The position numbers were made by a program, and so were the translations under genes. This document shows, piece after piece, positions 39,911-55,128 of a stretch of 64,000 nucleotides of DNA. This DNA comes from Octopus sinensis (Eukaryota). The notes beneath the pieces were generated by a model. It worked only from the letters and a program-made list of their open reading frames with translations, searched no databases and was not told the DNA's origin. Numbering within the stretch: position 1 is the stretch's first letter; every line of letters begins with the position of its first letter. The stretch lies in contig NC_043004.1 in NCBI RefSeq assembly GCF_006345805.1, positions 101,060,001 through 101,124,000 on the forward strand. Reading direction: 5' to 3'.

Positions 39911-40292
39911 TTTTTTTTTTTTTACTTGTTTCAGTCATTTGACTGCGGCCATGCTGGAGCACCGCCTTTAGTCGAACAAATTGACCCCGATATTTATTCT
40001 TTGTAAGCCCAGTACTTATTCTATCGGTCTCTTTTGCCGAACCACTAAGTGACGGGGACATAAACACACCAGCATTGGTTGTCAAGCAATGCTAGGTGGA
40101 CAAACAGAGACGCACAAACACAGAAACACATATATACATATACATATATACGACAGGCTTCTTTCAGTTTCCGTCTTCCAAATCCACTCACAAGGCATTG
40201 GTCGGCCCGGGGCTATAGCAGAAGACACTTGCCCAAGATGCCCCGGAACCATGTGGTTGGTTAGCAAGCTACTTACCACATAGCCACTCATG
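39911..40292 (-). mobile_element. SINE family A with a small internal deletion
   Basis: Match to A consensus of the window. Confidence 0.9.
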
Positions 40293-40680
40293 CTAACAAT
40301 TCTGCCAGTTCACCATTTTTATATGTATCTTGAATAATGGTAGCAATTTTATTTTGACTCAAAGGATTCTCACATTAAGTGGTCTGGTCGACAACTGTGA
40401 TTTCTATGGACCACACTAAGGTTCATTAAAGGTTTTCTTCCCCCCGCCTTTTCACCTATGTCTCCCAACTTCCACTTAATGTCTGTCTGTTTAACTTAAT
40501 AATTCCATTTAGTTAATATCACTTTTCCCAACCCTACTTGTCAACCTCACTTTCTGAAATATCTTTGTCTAAATCATTTTCATATTATATTATATCATAT
40601 CTATCTATCTATCTATCTGTCTACATCTATATACATAGACACACAACCACACACAGACTCACACACGCATGTATGTATGC

Positions 40681-40722
<42 letters not shown>

Positions 40723-40732
40723 CATATATATG

Positions 40733-40805
<73 letters not shown>

Positions 40806-41178
40806 ACATATATATATATACACTGTGTGTGTATGTGTATTTATGTGTCTGGCTGGTTGTATTTGTGTCTGCCAGGCCTTCCAGCTAACTCTGATATTTA
40901 AACCCACCCCACTAGTATTTAGTTTCTCATTAAGAAGGAGAAAGCAGTATACCTACCCCATCCACCCAGCCACCACTTCCACCCCCACCCCCCCTCCGCC
41001 ACTACCACCACCACTTTATTGCATATGACAATCACCTCTACCCTATCTTTACTACTGACAATTTTCTTCACATCATCAGTAATCTAACTACACAGGCTGT
41101 TAACTTTGCATTCACAGAGAAAAAGAGAGAATGTAAATATATATGTATATACATATGCATGTTTATATATATATATAT

Positions 41179-41220
<42 letters not shown>

Positions 41221-41924
41221 GCATATATATATACATGTATGTATGTATATGTATGTATATATGTATATATGTGTATATATAGGTATATTTATGTATATAT
41301 ATATGTATGTATATATGTATATGTGTTATATATAAGTATATTTATGTATATGCATTATGTATATAAATGTATATATATATGTATGTATATATGTATGTAC
41401 ATGTATGTATATATATGTATATATATATGTATATCTATATATATATGTGTGTGTATGTGTATGTATATGTAAGTATGTATGTATATATAATATATATATA
41501 TATATGCATGTATGCATGTATGTATATGTATGACAATGTTTCCTCTGATTATGGAAATCAGGGCTGAGTCCTTCACAAGTAGTCTACCAGTTCCACTGGA
41601 GTCGGATTGCCTAAAAGAGATTGTAGCTATGGAGCCAATTTTTCCTTCATTTTTACCACACCCAAGTCCCTTATTATCATGGTATTGTAGTTGGTTTCCT
41701 GCCCTACATATTTAATATCTTTATCCTCTAAATTGATAATTCTATCCTGTCTCAGATATGTGAGCTCCATTACCACCACCACCACCACTACCACCACCAC
41801 TACCACCACCACCACCACCACCACTGCCTTCTTGGTTAGTACTCTATCAATTTCCCAGAGGAGAAAGACTGAGCAGTTATTTGTGTCTATAAATATTAAC
41901 ATAGATTCTGTCAGGACTCTAGCT

Positions 41925-42259
41925 CAGGGGTTTTCAACCATTTTTAACCTATGAACCCCTTTTGATTGCTATTTTATTCTGTATGACTTCTATCATCATT
42001 CAATGTTTAAAAACTAGTTTTATAGAAACTTCTTTCAAAATTCCTGTTTTGTTTTTCGCACATTAACTTGTGTAGTTTGAACTATGTAAAATGCTAGAGA
42101 AAGAAATTTAGCTGTTTCTTGCAATACATACCAATACATACCGTAAATTGGCCCTTAAAATACTAGTGTAAATCTCCAATTTACTATTTTGTTGCACGGA
42201 CCCCCAAAAATTTTATATGGGCCCTCAAGGGTCACAAGAACCCTGGTTCAAAACCACTA
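41925..42259. mobile_element. hAT-like MITE (related family, opposite orientation)
   Basis: caggggttttcaacc...ggttcaaaaccacta TIRs; flanks ctctagct/ctcaggct match at 6 of 8. Confidence 0.7.
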
Positions 42260-42529
42260 CTCAGGCTGGATTCATGATCCTTGTAGCATAAAGTGGTAAA
42301 AGCATATCTAACTGAGCTTCTGATCTGGAGGCAGTTTCTGGCTGGAGCTACTTTAGAATAAGTACCAGGCTTACAAAGGATAAGTCCTGGGGTCGATTTG
42401 TTTGACAAAAGGCAGTGCTCCAGCATGGCCACAGTCAAATGACTGAAACAAGTAGAAGAATAAAAGTAAAAGAATACAATAAACCGAATAGTACTGGTCA
42501 AGTCGAGGCCTAGGTAGACACTCCTGTAA

Positions 42530-43012
42530 TGACATGCATAAGATCTGGTCATCAAATCTAAGTAGAGACTTCAAACTTGAAATCTTCAAAGCCACAGTCG
42601 AACCAATTCTACTATATGGCTCAGAAACCTGGACGTTATCAAAGAAGCTTGAGAGGTGGTTGGATGGAACCTACACTCGCCTCCTTATGAGAGCTCAAAA
42701 TCTCTTTGGAAGCGCCATCCAACCAAAAGGCAAATATATGGGAAATACCACCTGTGTCATCTCTTGTGAAAGGTAAGGAGAGTCCAGTTTGCTGGACATT
42801 GTTGTAGAGCTGAAAAAGAGGTAATTCCTACACTTCTCCTCTGGAAGCCATCTACTCACAATACCAGAGGGCACACACTCTCCTACCCTGATGTAATCTC
42901 CAGGGATACAGGCATCCAGCAACAGGACCTCCGTAATGCCATGATGGACTGTGAAGTCTGGCATAGCATCGTAAATTCCATTGTCTCGACCACGGTCGAA
43001 CAATGATGATGA
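42530..43012 (+). mobile_element. 5'-truncated RTE-type LINE 3' end with (GAT)n tail
   Basis: IWSSNLSRDFKLEIFKATVEPILLYGSETWTL...; after frameshifts RRVQFAGHC...SYPDVISRDTG...AMMDCEVW; ends caatgatgatgat. Confidence 0.88.
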
Positions 43013-43425
43013 TCACCTTGCAATTAGATTGAGCTTAGAACCTCATAGTTGTTAAGGGAACTCTTTAACTGAGCTGCCATTGCCTGCAGCCATTACTATA
43101 AATATCAAAATCCAGACATATATTTATCTTCAGAAAGATATTTATGCATTTATGCATTTATGCATACATACGAAGCTATGTACATACATAGACAGATATA
43201 TGATTATATACTTATATACACAGCTATATACCATAATAACAATCTTGTGTCCATATATACATATATATATATATATATATACACACATCCATGCATCTAT
43301 CATATTGAATATATACTTCGTGTATGTGTGGAAGTGAGTGTCTCATTTCTCTCTCTCTCTCCATATATATTATATATATATATGTGTGTGTGTGTGTATG
43401 TATATATATCTATCTATCTATATAT

Positions 43426-43472
<47 letters not shown>

Positions 43473-44633
43473 CATACATAATACATATATATACATAGTA
43501 TGTATATATATATACATATACACATATGTATGTATGTATATATATATATTATATATATATATCTATTATATATATATATCAGATAGATATATAGATGATA
43601 GATAGATCTGCATTACATGTATACTTACATACATATGTATGCATTTCCACGCACTTATATGAATATATAAACACATAGAGACTTACATACATACATACAT
43701 ACATACATACAGGTATCTGTGTATGTATGTTGGGTGTTTGTTTGAGTGTGTATGAATTAGGGTTTTTTCTGCTTTTATCTCCTTCATTATTAACCATAAA
43801 GCTAAATTTCAAGTCGATGTTATGAATTATTAAACTTGGCAAAAAGAAAAAAAAAACACACACACACACACAGAGATTGTCGCTTTTATACCAGAGAAAA
43901 AAACATAATCTAATAAAAAACAAAGTAACTTTTCAATCTAACTGCGATCTATACCTCGTCTCTCCTGACACCATCCTGCATTAATAACAGGAAAAAACAA
44001 GCTTAATATGATAGTGGAGGAGGTAAATATGGAGCCAGTAGCTTAAGAAATTACACCAAAGCCGAAACTTTGAAATGTCATTGTATGAATATGCAAAACT
44101 TCTCAATTGGAATGGGATTAAATAGTCAGGTTGAATTCTAGCTTTTAATAGTTAGGCTGAGTTCTGTCTGGAACGGTAGAGTTATGTTGAATTTTAAGAC
44201 TGGATGAGTTGGGTTAACTCTTGCCGCTGAATCGTTAGATTGGATTTTAAAACGCAATAATCGTGTTGGATTTGGGGACTGAATAAGTTATGTTGAATTC
44301 TAGAGGAATTTTTACTTGTATTCACAGAGATGCAAGGATGGCTATGGGGCTCAGAAAATCACTTCATAACGAGAGAGGAAGAATTATTTTCTAGGCACTA
44401 AAATGAAGCACGTTTTGTATCTCTTAGTGTTACTATGAAGTACTCTGACACCATTCTTAGAAAGAGATTAGCTGCGTAGTAGGAAGTTGACGCATTATCA
44501 TTACCATCATCATAATTATCATCTTCATGAAAATCATGGTTACATATGCTCATTCATATACATGGTTACATTGTACACTCACACACACACTCACACAAAC
44601 ATAGTAACCCATGCACATAAACATGCATGTATG

Positions 44634-44672
<39 letters not shown>

Positions 44673-45314
44673 TAATAAATAAAACATATGCATATATACA
44701 GACATATAGAACCTGATATGCTTTTTTTAAATGGCGGTGCCCCAGCGTGGCCACAGCTCATGAGCTGAAACTAAAATCAAAAAAAATCAATCATATATAT
44801 ATATATATATGACAAACTCTTTTTAGTTTTTGCCAACAGAATCAACTCACAATGCTTTGGTCAGTCTGAGGCTGTAGTTGAAGACACATGCCCAAGGTGC
44901 AATGCAGTGGGATTGAACCTGGAACAATGTGCTTGAAAAACAAACAGCTTACCATACAGCTATGCCTGCACCTATATCTGTTAGTTTCTGCAAGGGAGTT
45001 TATACATGCTAAATCAAACTGCTAGAAATAGCAGCACCATTTGTTTCCAATTCTTTACATAAGACTTTTCCAGGCTCTTTGTTTGGTTATGCCAGAGGAT
45101 TATGAATTTGCTTGGAAAGAAGTGAGGGTCGGCATCATCAAGGATACCTGGCACTTAGAGATTCTGCTCTAATGTAATTTCATTCAACCCATACCAGCAT
45201 GTGAGAGTGGTTATTGAAACACTGATGATGATGAGGAGGGGTAAGGTGATGATGACGATGATGGTGGTGGTAAATACACACATGCAAACACAATACACAC
45301 AGAAAGACATAGAG

Positions 45315-46115
45315 ATGCTGCAAGCTGACAGAAACGTTAGCACGCCGGGGGAAATGCTTAGCGGTATTTCATCTGCCGTTACGTTCTGAGTTCAAATTCC
45401 GCCGAGGTCGACTTTGCCTTTCATCCTTTCGGGGTCAATTAAATAAGTACCAGTTACGCACTGGGGGTCGATGTAATCAACTTAATCCATTTGTCTGTCC
45501 TTGTTTGTCCTCTCTCTGTTTAGCCCCTTGTGGGTAGTAAAGAAACAGGTATTTTGTGTGCCATTATGCTCTGAGTTCAAATTCCGCCGAGGTCGACTTT
45601 GCCTTTCATCCTTTCGGGGGTCGATAAATTAAGTACCAGTTACGCACTGAGGGTCGATGTAATCAACTTAATCCATTTGTCTGTCCTTGTTTGTCCTCTC
45701 TGTGTTTAGCCCCTTGTGGGTAGTAAAGAAACAGGTATTTTGTGTGCCATTATGCTCTGAGTTCAAATTCCGCCGAGGTCGACTTTGCCTTTCATCTTTT
45801 CGGGGGTCGAAAAATTAAGTACCAGTTACGCACTGAGGGTCGATGTAATCAACTTAATCCATTTGTCTGTCCTTGTTTGTCCTCTCTGTGTTTAGCCCCT
45901 TGTGGGTAGTAAAGAAACAGGTATTTTGTGTGCCATTATGCTCTGAGTTCAAATTCCGCCGAGGTCGACTTTGCCTTTCATCCTTCGGGGGGGGGGGGTT
46001 GATAAATTAAGTACCAGTTACGCACTGAGGGTCGATCTAATCGACCTAATCCCTTTGTCTGTCCTTGTTTGTCCCTCTCTATGTTTAGCCCCTTGTGGGC
46101 AATAAAGAAATAAGA
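45315..46115 (+). repeat. SINE family B followed by three tandem about 186-bp copies of its 3' part
   Basis: ctgagttcaaattccgccgagg recurs at 45386, 45571, 45757 and 45943. Confidence 0.92.
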
Positions 46116-46961
46116 AACACATAGGCATGCAGTAAACTAAGAATTCTACGTTCACATGCAAGAAATCTGAAGAGTGATGACAATGATTTTGATGACAATG
46201 ATTTTGATGACAGTGATGGTGCTGCTGATGACAGTGGCGGCGGCGGCGGCGGCGGCGCGGCGGTGGCGGTGGCGGGGAGGGGGGGGGGGTAATGGTGTTG
46301 GTGGTGATGGTGAAAACAATGACAGCAACAGAAGTGATTATGATGAATGTCAAGATAAAGACATTTATGACCATAGTGGCGGATGACAACGATGATGATG
46401 ATGACGACAATGATGATGATGACGATGATGACAACTAGCTCCATTACAACCACCACCACCACCACCACCACCACTTCTGTTGTCACCAGTATTACCAAGT
46501 GAGACAAGTGGGGTGGAACCCAGTGATCACCCATTATAAAATAAACATACTGATACCTTTAAAAGAGATTACTTCCCTCTCCTTGTCCTCCTCCTCTTCA
46601 CCATCTTTTTTTCCTTGAGAGCAAACTGCAGTAACCAGATCTCATTTTCTCAGACAGTTGATCTGAAGGTCAGAATTCTCCAGCGTCTTCAATCCTCTCT
46701 CTGTTCTTTGTCACTGTGCATGTGTGTATGTGTGTGTGTGTGTGTGTGTGTGGTGTGTATGTGTGTGTGTATGTATGTGTGTGTGCGTGTGTGTATGTGT
46801 GTGTGTATGTATGTGTGTGTATGTATGTGTGTGTGTATGTGTGTATGTATGTGTGTGTGTGTGTGTGTGTTTGTATGTGTATGTGTGTATGTGTGTGTGT
46901 GTAGCTGTGCTGTCTATCTCCGCATTCATCTATTTTATATATCTATCTTTCTGTCTTTAAG

Positions 46962-47375
46962 TACTCTTTACTCTTTTACTTGTTTCAGTCATTTGACTGT
47001 GGTCATGCTGGAGTACTGCTTTTAGTTGAGCAAATCGACCCCAGGACTTATTCTTTGTAAGCCTAGTACTTATTCTATCGGTCTCTTTTGCCGAACTGCT
47101 AAGCTACAGGGACGTAAACACACCACCATTGGTTGTCAAGCGATGCTGGGGAACAAACACAGACACACAAACATATACACACACGTACATATATATATAT
47201 ACATATACATATATATGACGGGCTTCTTTCAGTTTTCTTCTACCAAATCCACTCACAAGGCTTTGGTCGGCCCGAGGCTATAGCTGAAGACACTTGCCGA
47301 AGGTGCCACGCAGTGGGACTGAACCCGGAACCATGTAGTTCGTAAGCAAGCTACTTACCACACAGCCACTCTTAC
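46962..47375 (-). mobile_element. SINE family A (an older partial copy follows to about 47640)
   Basis: Full-length match. Confidence 0.88.
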
Positions 47376-47849
47376 GTATATCTGTTATCTTTTTCTTGTT
47401 TCAGTCATTGGACTGTGGCCATGCTAGGGCACCACTTTGAAAGGTTTAGTCGAACAAATCAGCCCCAGTATTTATTTTTCTCTAAAGCTTGGCATTTATG
47501 CCATCAGTCTCTTTTTGGTGAACTACTGACAGGGACATAAACAAACCAACACTGGTTGACAGTTGCCCAACTGTACTCACAAAGGCCTTGGTCAACTAAG
47601 AGCTATAGTAGAAGACACTTGCCCAGGATGAACCTGGAACAATATGGTTGGGAAGGTGGCGAGCTGGCAGAAATGGTTAACATGCCAGGAAAAATGCTTA
47701 GCAGTATTTCGTCTGTCTTTGTATTTCGTCTGTCTTTGTATCATCATCATCATCATCATCATCATCGTCGTTTAACGTCCGCTTTCCATGCTAGCATGGT
47801 TGGACACTATATATATATATACATACACACACACACACACATATATGCA

Positions 47850-47924
<75 letters not shown>

Positions 47925-47991
47925 AGAGAAACATAGAGAAGAATAAAGAGAGAAAGATAAAGGGTATATATATATATTTTATATATTATAT

Positions 47992-48025
<34 letters not shown>

Positions 48026-48623
48026 ACACACACACACACACACACACACATATATCTGTCTCTGTGTATGTTTATCTGACTGAATAGCAGCTTGGTGACA
48101 CTGCAGAGATGGATGATGGAGTGTTATAGAAATTAATATGTTTGTGAGGGAGATGTGTATGGTCTAATGCTTCTGAATGCCTTACTGAATTTTTGGCCCG
48201 GTGGTGGTGGTGGTGGTGGTGGTAGCAGTGGTATTGGGGGGGGGGGTATGTGCATGTGCTTTTCTCTATTCTGGTTGATTGGTGATAGGATTGCAGGGGA
48301 AGGGTTATAGTTTTCATTTAATAACTAGATGGTGTTGGGGTGGGGTGGGGGAGATGTAGGGGTTACATATCTGGTTTTTTTTTGTCTATGTGTTTGAATA
48401 TCTGAACATAGAAGTATAGAAGTGCAGTGATGGGTATGTTATCTAGGTGGTGATAGTGAAAGCGATGGTAGTGGTGGTGGTGGTGGTGGTGGTGTGAGGA
48501 TAGTCTTCTCATCCCTTTTTTTTGTTTGTTTCTGTCTGTTTGTCTCCTCCTAATGTTTCTACTTTCTGCTGCAACCTAACCCCTAAAATAGGACACCGGG
48601 GACAATGCAAACTCACTACCACA

Positions 48624-48672
<49 letters not shown>

Positions 48673-49048
48673 ACACACACATACATGGATGCACAAACAC
48701 ATGCAAACACACATACACACACTTACACCCACACACATGCGCATACACACACATACACACCCACACACATACATGGATTCACAAACAGACATACACACAC
48801 ACACCCAGCACACATGCACATACACACTCGCATACACACATACACACATACACACACATAAACTCACACAGGCATACATGTACATATATACACACTCACA
48901 CCGACCCATCCAACTGCACACACACACACACAAACACACATGCACACACTAACACACACACCCGTACATACACACACATAAACTCACAAAGGCATACATG
49001 TACATATATACACACTCACACCAACCCATCCAACACACACACAAACCA

Positions 49049-49086
<38 letters not shown>

Positions 49087-49588
49087 CTAATTTGTAGCGC
49101 AGGGATAATACAGAAATTTCCTAGCAATCCTATCATACTTTGCTCTGCTGATTTTTTTTTGTAGTTGTTGTTATTGTTGTTGTTTAAATAACTCTATTAG
49201 AATGAGATGAGGGGTGGTGGGAGGAGGAAAGAAAAAGAAAGGATGATGACACAGTTGAAGAAGAGACAAGAAAGAGCACGAGGTGAGGAGGGAGGATAGA
49301 AATTAATAGTGGTTGCCATAAATATGCATCAAATCTTAGTGACGAAGAGATGAGATTGCTGGATGTGTCATAGAGCACTTCCATCATTACGAAACATGAT
49401 TAGTGCCTGAGCTAGCAGAAAGCTACCAGAAGAATTTGAACCGCTGACGATCATCTTCACCATCTCTTATTTATCATACAAATTTCCGTCAGTTCTGTCT
49501 GGATAAATGAAGTAAATAAAGATTTGTAGGATTTGAACTCAGAGCTACGGTACCAAAACCAGATTGTATGAAGTTTCTTCTATATATT

Positions 49589-49815
49589 TATTCTTTTTAC
49601 TCTTTTTACTCTTTTACTTGTTTCAGTCATTTGACTGCGGCCATGCTGGAGCACCGCCTTTAGTTATAGCAAATCGAACCCAGGACTTATTCTTTGTAAG
49701 CCTAGTACTTATTCTATCTGTCTCTTTTGCCTAACTGCTAAGTTTCGGGGACATAAACACACCAGCATCAGTTGTCAAGCAATGTTGGGGAACAAACACA
49801 GACACACAAACATAT

Positions 49816-49868
<53 letters not shown>

Positions 49869-50046
49869 ATATATACATATATACAACAGGCCTCTTTCAG
49901 TTTCCGTCTACCAAATCCACTCACAAGGCTTTAGTCGGCCTGAGGCTATAGTAGAAGACATTTGCCCAAGGTGCCTTGCAGTGGGACTGAACCCGGAACC
50001 ATGTGGTTGATAAGCAAGCTACTTACCACACAGCCACTGCTGCACC
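49589..50046 (-). mobile_element. SINE family A
   Basis: Full-length match. Confidence 0.9.
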
Positions 50047-51279
50047 TATTTATTTGTCTATTTATACCATACAGCCACACTTTCTATAAAGTTCCATCAA
50101 ACTTCACACACACTGTAATGGTCAGCCAGAATCTGTTGCAGAATAATACTTCCCCAAAAGTGGTGCACAATGGGATGGTACCTGAGATCACTTGAGCAGA
50201 AAGAAACTTCATAACCATGTACCCATGCACCAACATGTGCTTGAGTTTGTGTGTGTGTGTGTGGTGTACATAAAGAGCTAGTCATCACCTGTGGACAAGA
50301 ATGGCTTAGTAACATGTACTATGTTTCTGCTAATTGTTTTAGCTGTATAGACATAGACTCAATCTCGACTCTCCTACCCTTTGACTCAGTGGTACAACCA
50401 GTTTCATGCCAAATAAAAGAAGAAAGAACTGCAGCACAGCTCAGTTGCTACACAGTCTCAACTGAGTAAACTAGAACAACCTGCAATGAAGGGACTTGCT
50501 CAAGGACACAACATGCTATACCTACTATAAGAACTGAACCCAAACATTTTTAGGATTATGAACAGAACGCCCTAACAACTAGGCTGTGTATCACTGAATA
50601 ATTTATTTGTCTGCTTGCTTATTTTGTCTTTATGTCTAAGCTTTATGTTACAAGCCATTCCATTAAGTGCTATAATTATCAGATAAACTCCCAAACAACC
50701 TAAACATAGTTATACCTGGTTTTTAGAACCAGTTTGCCTTCTACCACTAATGCTCCTGAGAAAGGCATCAGAATCAAAACCTCCATAAGTTAAATCAATA
50801 GAGTCAATGATATGCTGATTGATACAAGAGACTGATTACAAATAATTAACAGGAAATAGTTATTCAGTTCATCAGTATATGTGTGTGGCATAAATCGCTT
50901 ATCTGTTTTACCTGCCTTTCATCAATTGTCAAATCTTTTATAATATTTCTAAGCTTATACAGGTGTGCTATCAGCAACTTCTAGACATTGTATCTAACAA
51001 TATCACCCTTTCACATCAGGATATGGTATTCATACAGTTATGTTTACTCAGCTTTTCATTTAGATCTTCTTCATACACACACACATACATACATACATAC
51101 ATACATACATACATACATACATACATACATACATACATTAATACATACATACATACATACATACATACACACATACACACATACATACATACATACATAC
51201 ATACTACATATGTATATTTGTATAACGTTTGTATGAAGATCTCATTAAAAGCTGTGTGGTATATATATATACACAGCTT

Positions 51280-51353
<74 letters not shown>

Positions 51354-51874
51354 ACATACACATATATATACATACATATTATATACATGTTTGTATACAC
51401 ACACACACATATATACTTACATACATATACCTACATATACGTACATGATATGTATACATATACACATATATGCACAGACTCACACACAGTACACACACAC
51501 ATACACACACACACACACACACACTCACGCTATGGTGGCTTAGGTTTGTAATTCACAATCATTAGGTCGTAGGTTCAATTCTCCAGCTGGGTAATGCCCT
51601 TGTGTCCTTGAGCAGGATACTGTATTTCACAACGCTGCAGTACCCTCAACTCGAATCTGTGCCAGACTCACCTGTACATTGAACCCACAACTGGCTGGCA
51701 TCCCATTCATTGAAGAGTCTTATACTTAGTTGCTTGAATGCCACCATGGAAACCAAGATAAGCTTCTGCAAAATAAGATAAATAGAGAAAGACAGTTCCT
51801 CAAGGTGCAATACAGGGTGATAGTGCTTAAGACCATGTTAATTACTTGTAGGGATACCATATTTCGTTATGCAA

Positions 51875-52291
51875 CCAGGAGTGGCTGTGTGGTAAGTAGC
51901 TTGCTAACCAACCACGTGGTTCCGGGTTCAGTCCCACTGCGTGGCATCTTGGGCAAGTGTCTTCTACTATAGCCTCGGGCTGACCAATGCCTTGTGAGTG
52001 GATTTGGTAGACGGAAACTGAAAGAAGCCTGTCATATATATGTATATCTATATATATATATGTATGTGTGTGTGTGTGTTTGTGTGTCTGTGTTTGTCCC
52101 CCTAGCATTGCTTGACAACCGATGCTGGTGTGTTTACATCCCCGTCACTTAGCGGTTTGGCAAAAGAGATCGATAGAATAAGTACTGGGCTTACAAATAA
52201 TAAGTCCCAGGGTCGATTTGCTCGACTTAAAGGCGGTGCTCCAGTATGGCTGCAGTCAAATGACTGAAACAAGTAAAAGAGTAAAAGAGTA
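51875..52291 (+). mobile_element. SINE family A
   Basis: Full-length match. Confidence 0.9.
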
Positions 52292-52318
52292 ACCATAATA
52301 TAGTACAAAGTATATTAA

Positions 52319-52539
52319 CCCTTTCGTTACTGTATTTATTTTGAGATGCTCTGTGTTTCTTTCAATTAGTTTAAATATAATAAAGAATTTAGTAAAATGA
52401 CTTAGTTACCGTTAACCTAGTGTTTGGAACATAAATTGTGACTGAGGTTTGGTGGAAGATTTTAACTGAAAACTTATGAAAACAAGACATCTGTATTACA
52501 GAACCAGAGCCGGTTTCAGCCGGGTTGGTAACGAAAGGG
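52319..52539. mobile_element. piggyBac-like MITE
   Basis: TTAA|CCCTTTCGTTAC...GTAACGAAAGGG|TTAA. Confidence 0.87.
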
Positions 52540-52703
52540 TTAAACACTTTATAAGTCAATGCTGTGTCCTACTGTGTTAGCAGTGCTATTTAATCCCTTG
52601 TTAGGGTCATCTCTACACATTTTTGAATATGAAATATCAAAGCAAATCAGTGCTAGTTATAATTTCAATAGAAAATCTGTAAAGATAACTTTAACAATCT
52701 GAA

Positions 52704-52923
52704 CCCTTTCGCTACCAACCCGGCTGAAACTGGCTCTGGCTCTGAGTACAAATGTCTTGTTTTCATAAGTTTTGAATTAAAATCTTCCACCAAACCATAG
52801 TCACAATTTATGTTCCTGACACTAGCTGAATGATAACTAAGTTATTTTACTAAATTCTTTGTTATATTTTAAGTAATTCAAAGAAACACAGAGCATCTCA
52901 AAATAAATACAGTAACGAAAGGG
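52704..52923. mobile_element. piggyBac-like MITE, inverted relative to the 52319 copy
   Basis: tgaa|CCCTTTCGCTAC...GTAACGAAAGGG|TTAA; interior is the reverse complement of 52319-52539. Confidence 0.87.
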
Positions 52924-53173
52924 TTAAGACCCTATGGTAATATGGCAAAGTCTGTATCCACATAGCCGTGGTTGCATGTGTGTGTGAAAGCTTGGAAATA
53001 TGTTTGAATACTGACATCCTATAGCTTTGTTTGAGTAAAATATTGAATGGTGTTTATATTCCTTGTTGATATTATGAGTAGTGACTCCACACTTTCAAAG
53101 ACCTGTGAAATATAAAAAAAGAAATCTCTTATTTGAAAAACAGGTAAGGGTTGGCAACAGGAAGGGCATCTAG

Positions 53174-53273
53174 NNNNNNNNNNNNNNNNNNNNNNNNNNN
53201 NNNNNNNNNNNNNNNNNNNNNNNNNNNNNNNNNNNNNNNNNNNNNNNNNNNNNNNNNNNNNNNNNNNNNNNNN
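53174..53273. other. Assembly gap (100 N)
   Basis: Run of exactly 100 N that cuts a D-family fragment. Confidence 0.99.
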
Positions 53274-53535
53274 CACACCCACGCATATGTACATTTCATA
53301 TTTACTTTATCTATTTTCTTTCTTTCTTCTACATTTCTCTTAAATCTATTTTATTCAACTAACCTGCCCCATGAATGTATCTTATAATATATAGCCCCGT
53401 GGGTGTATCCTATTTTCATTCAGTTTTATCACACACCAAGTTTTATTACAACATCTAACACATACATAAACATACACACCACATATATATATGTATGTAT
53501 GCATGTATACATATATATTATATATATATATATAT

Positions 53536-53567
<32 letters not shown>

Positions 53568-53570
53568 ATA

Positions 53571-53619
<49 letters not shown>

Positions 53620-53695
53620 TAAATAGATATAGATAGATAGATAGATAGAGATAGATAGATAGATAGATGATAGATAGATAGATAGATATATATAG

Positions 53696-53811
<116 letters not shown>

Positions 53812-53842
53812 TAGATAGATAGATATAGATAGATAGATAGAT

Positions 53843-53880
<38 letters not shown>

Positions 53881-55128
53881 GATAATTCCAACCATTTTCT
53901 ATACTTTGTCTGCTTTCCAGGAAGAAAACTTAAATCATCTTTCAATGGTTGAAGCTTTCAAACCTCATCAGTCGAAACTCGCTACATTCATGTAGGATAA
54001 TATTCTATACCACCATGATGTCTGTGCTGTGTTTTTATTGGATGCAGTTGATCTCTATGAGTTGTATGTTTTGTGTCCCATTGTTTATGTAAGTCTAATG
54101 CTATTGTATAAACACAGTTGTCAATCATTCCCTGTACATTGTTTATTCAGTATTGGATTTCTCAGTGGCACTGATATTGCTTCTGTCCTTTTTGTTTTCC
54201 TGATTCCTTTATTCTTCTTCGGTGTTTCCTATACAGTTTTCAGCAAACAGCAACTAGTTATCTAATAGTTTGTGCATCTGCGCATACATTCAAATGCACA
54301 CATAGTATTTTGATATGTTATGTTGGGGATTAAATCAAAACATACCACCATTAGTTTACATGTAAAAGACATAAGACTTTTAAGTTGAGTTACGTGTATG
54401 ATACAGTTGCAAAATTAGGTAAAGCCACTTTAAAATTAATCTGTAGCTTTACATAAACATTGTATGCTCTTGTTTCCCCACCCCCATGTATTTTTCGCAC
54501 TTAATCTTCTTCTCTAAAAGAATATTCTAAGAATTTTATATAAAAGGTGTCTATAGGAACTAAAATCTTTTATATATGTGAATTTTTTTTTTTTTAATAT
54601 ACAATTAAGTGGATAACAATGATTTTGGATTTATTTCACACAAGAACATTTTGTAGAAAGCAGAAATATATATATAAATTGTGTCTAGAATCTCGCAGGT
54701 AATTATTTTTCTGAAACATGAAGAAGGATGATAAAACCTAATTGGATTTGAACTCTGTACAATGCAGCTTCAAACTTTCATAACTGCAAAACCATTTTTG
54801 AGATGTGGATTTTGAGAGACATGACTCATCATCAAGTCATCTGCACTACTAAAGTAACTCAAAGTAACTTTTTATAACATATATCATTCAGAAGGTCTTG
54901 CTGGTCACATGCCACCCACGGATGGCAGTTTGTCCATGACTGCTCTATTAAATTCCTCATGACCACCATCATGGTATCAATTATTTATTACATTGCCATA
55001 TGGCTACACACTCAAAGCATTTAAACTGGCCATATCCAGCCCAAATATTCTACCTGTTTTATGGTCAAGATGGCCAGATCTGGCATCACATGCTTACTCT
55101 ACAAAGCCATTCGAAAAATATACAATTA

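Noticed and set aside
49201-49282. Purine-rich exon candidate NEMRGGGRRKEKERMMTQLKKRQERAR with GTGAGG donor; also 43991-44022 (GKNKLNMIVEE) and 23517-23635
   Set aside because: Acceptors or donors are weak to moderate and no protein is recognised; not distinguishable from chance.
49335-49405. gtgacga...gaaacatg hammerhead-like spacing on the plus strand
   Set aside because: Core positions deviate (no C3), and stems I and III do not form.
53945-53985. CUGAUGA-gguuu-GAAA-gcuu on the minus strand
   Set aside because: No convincing stem II, and stem I does not pair.
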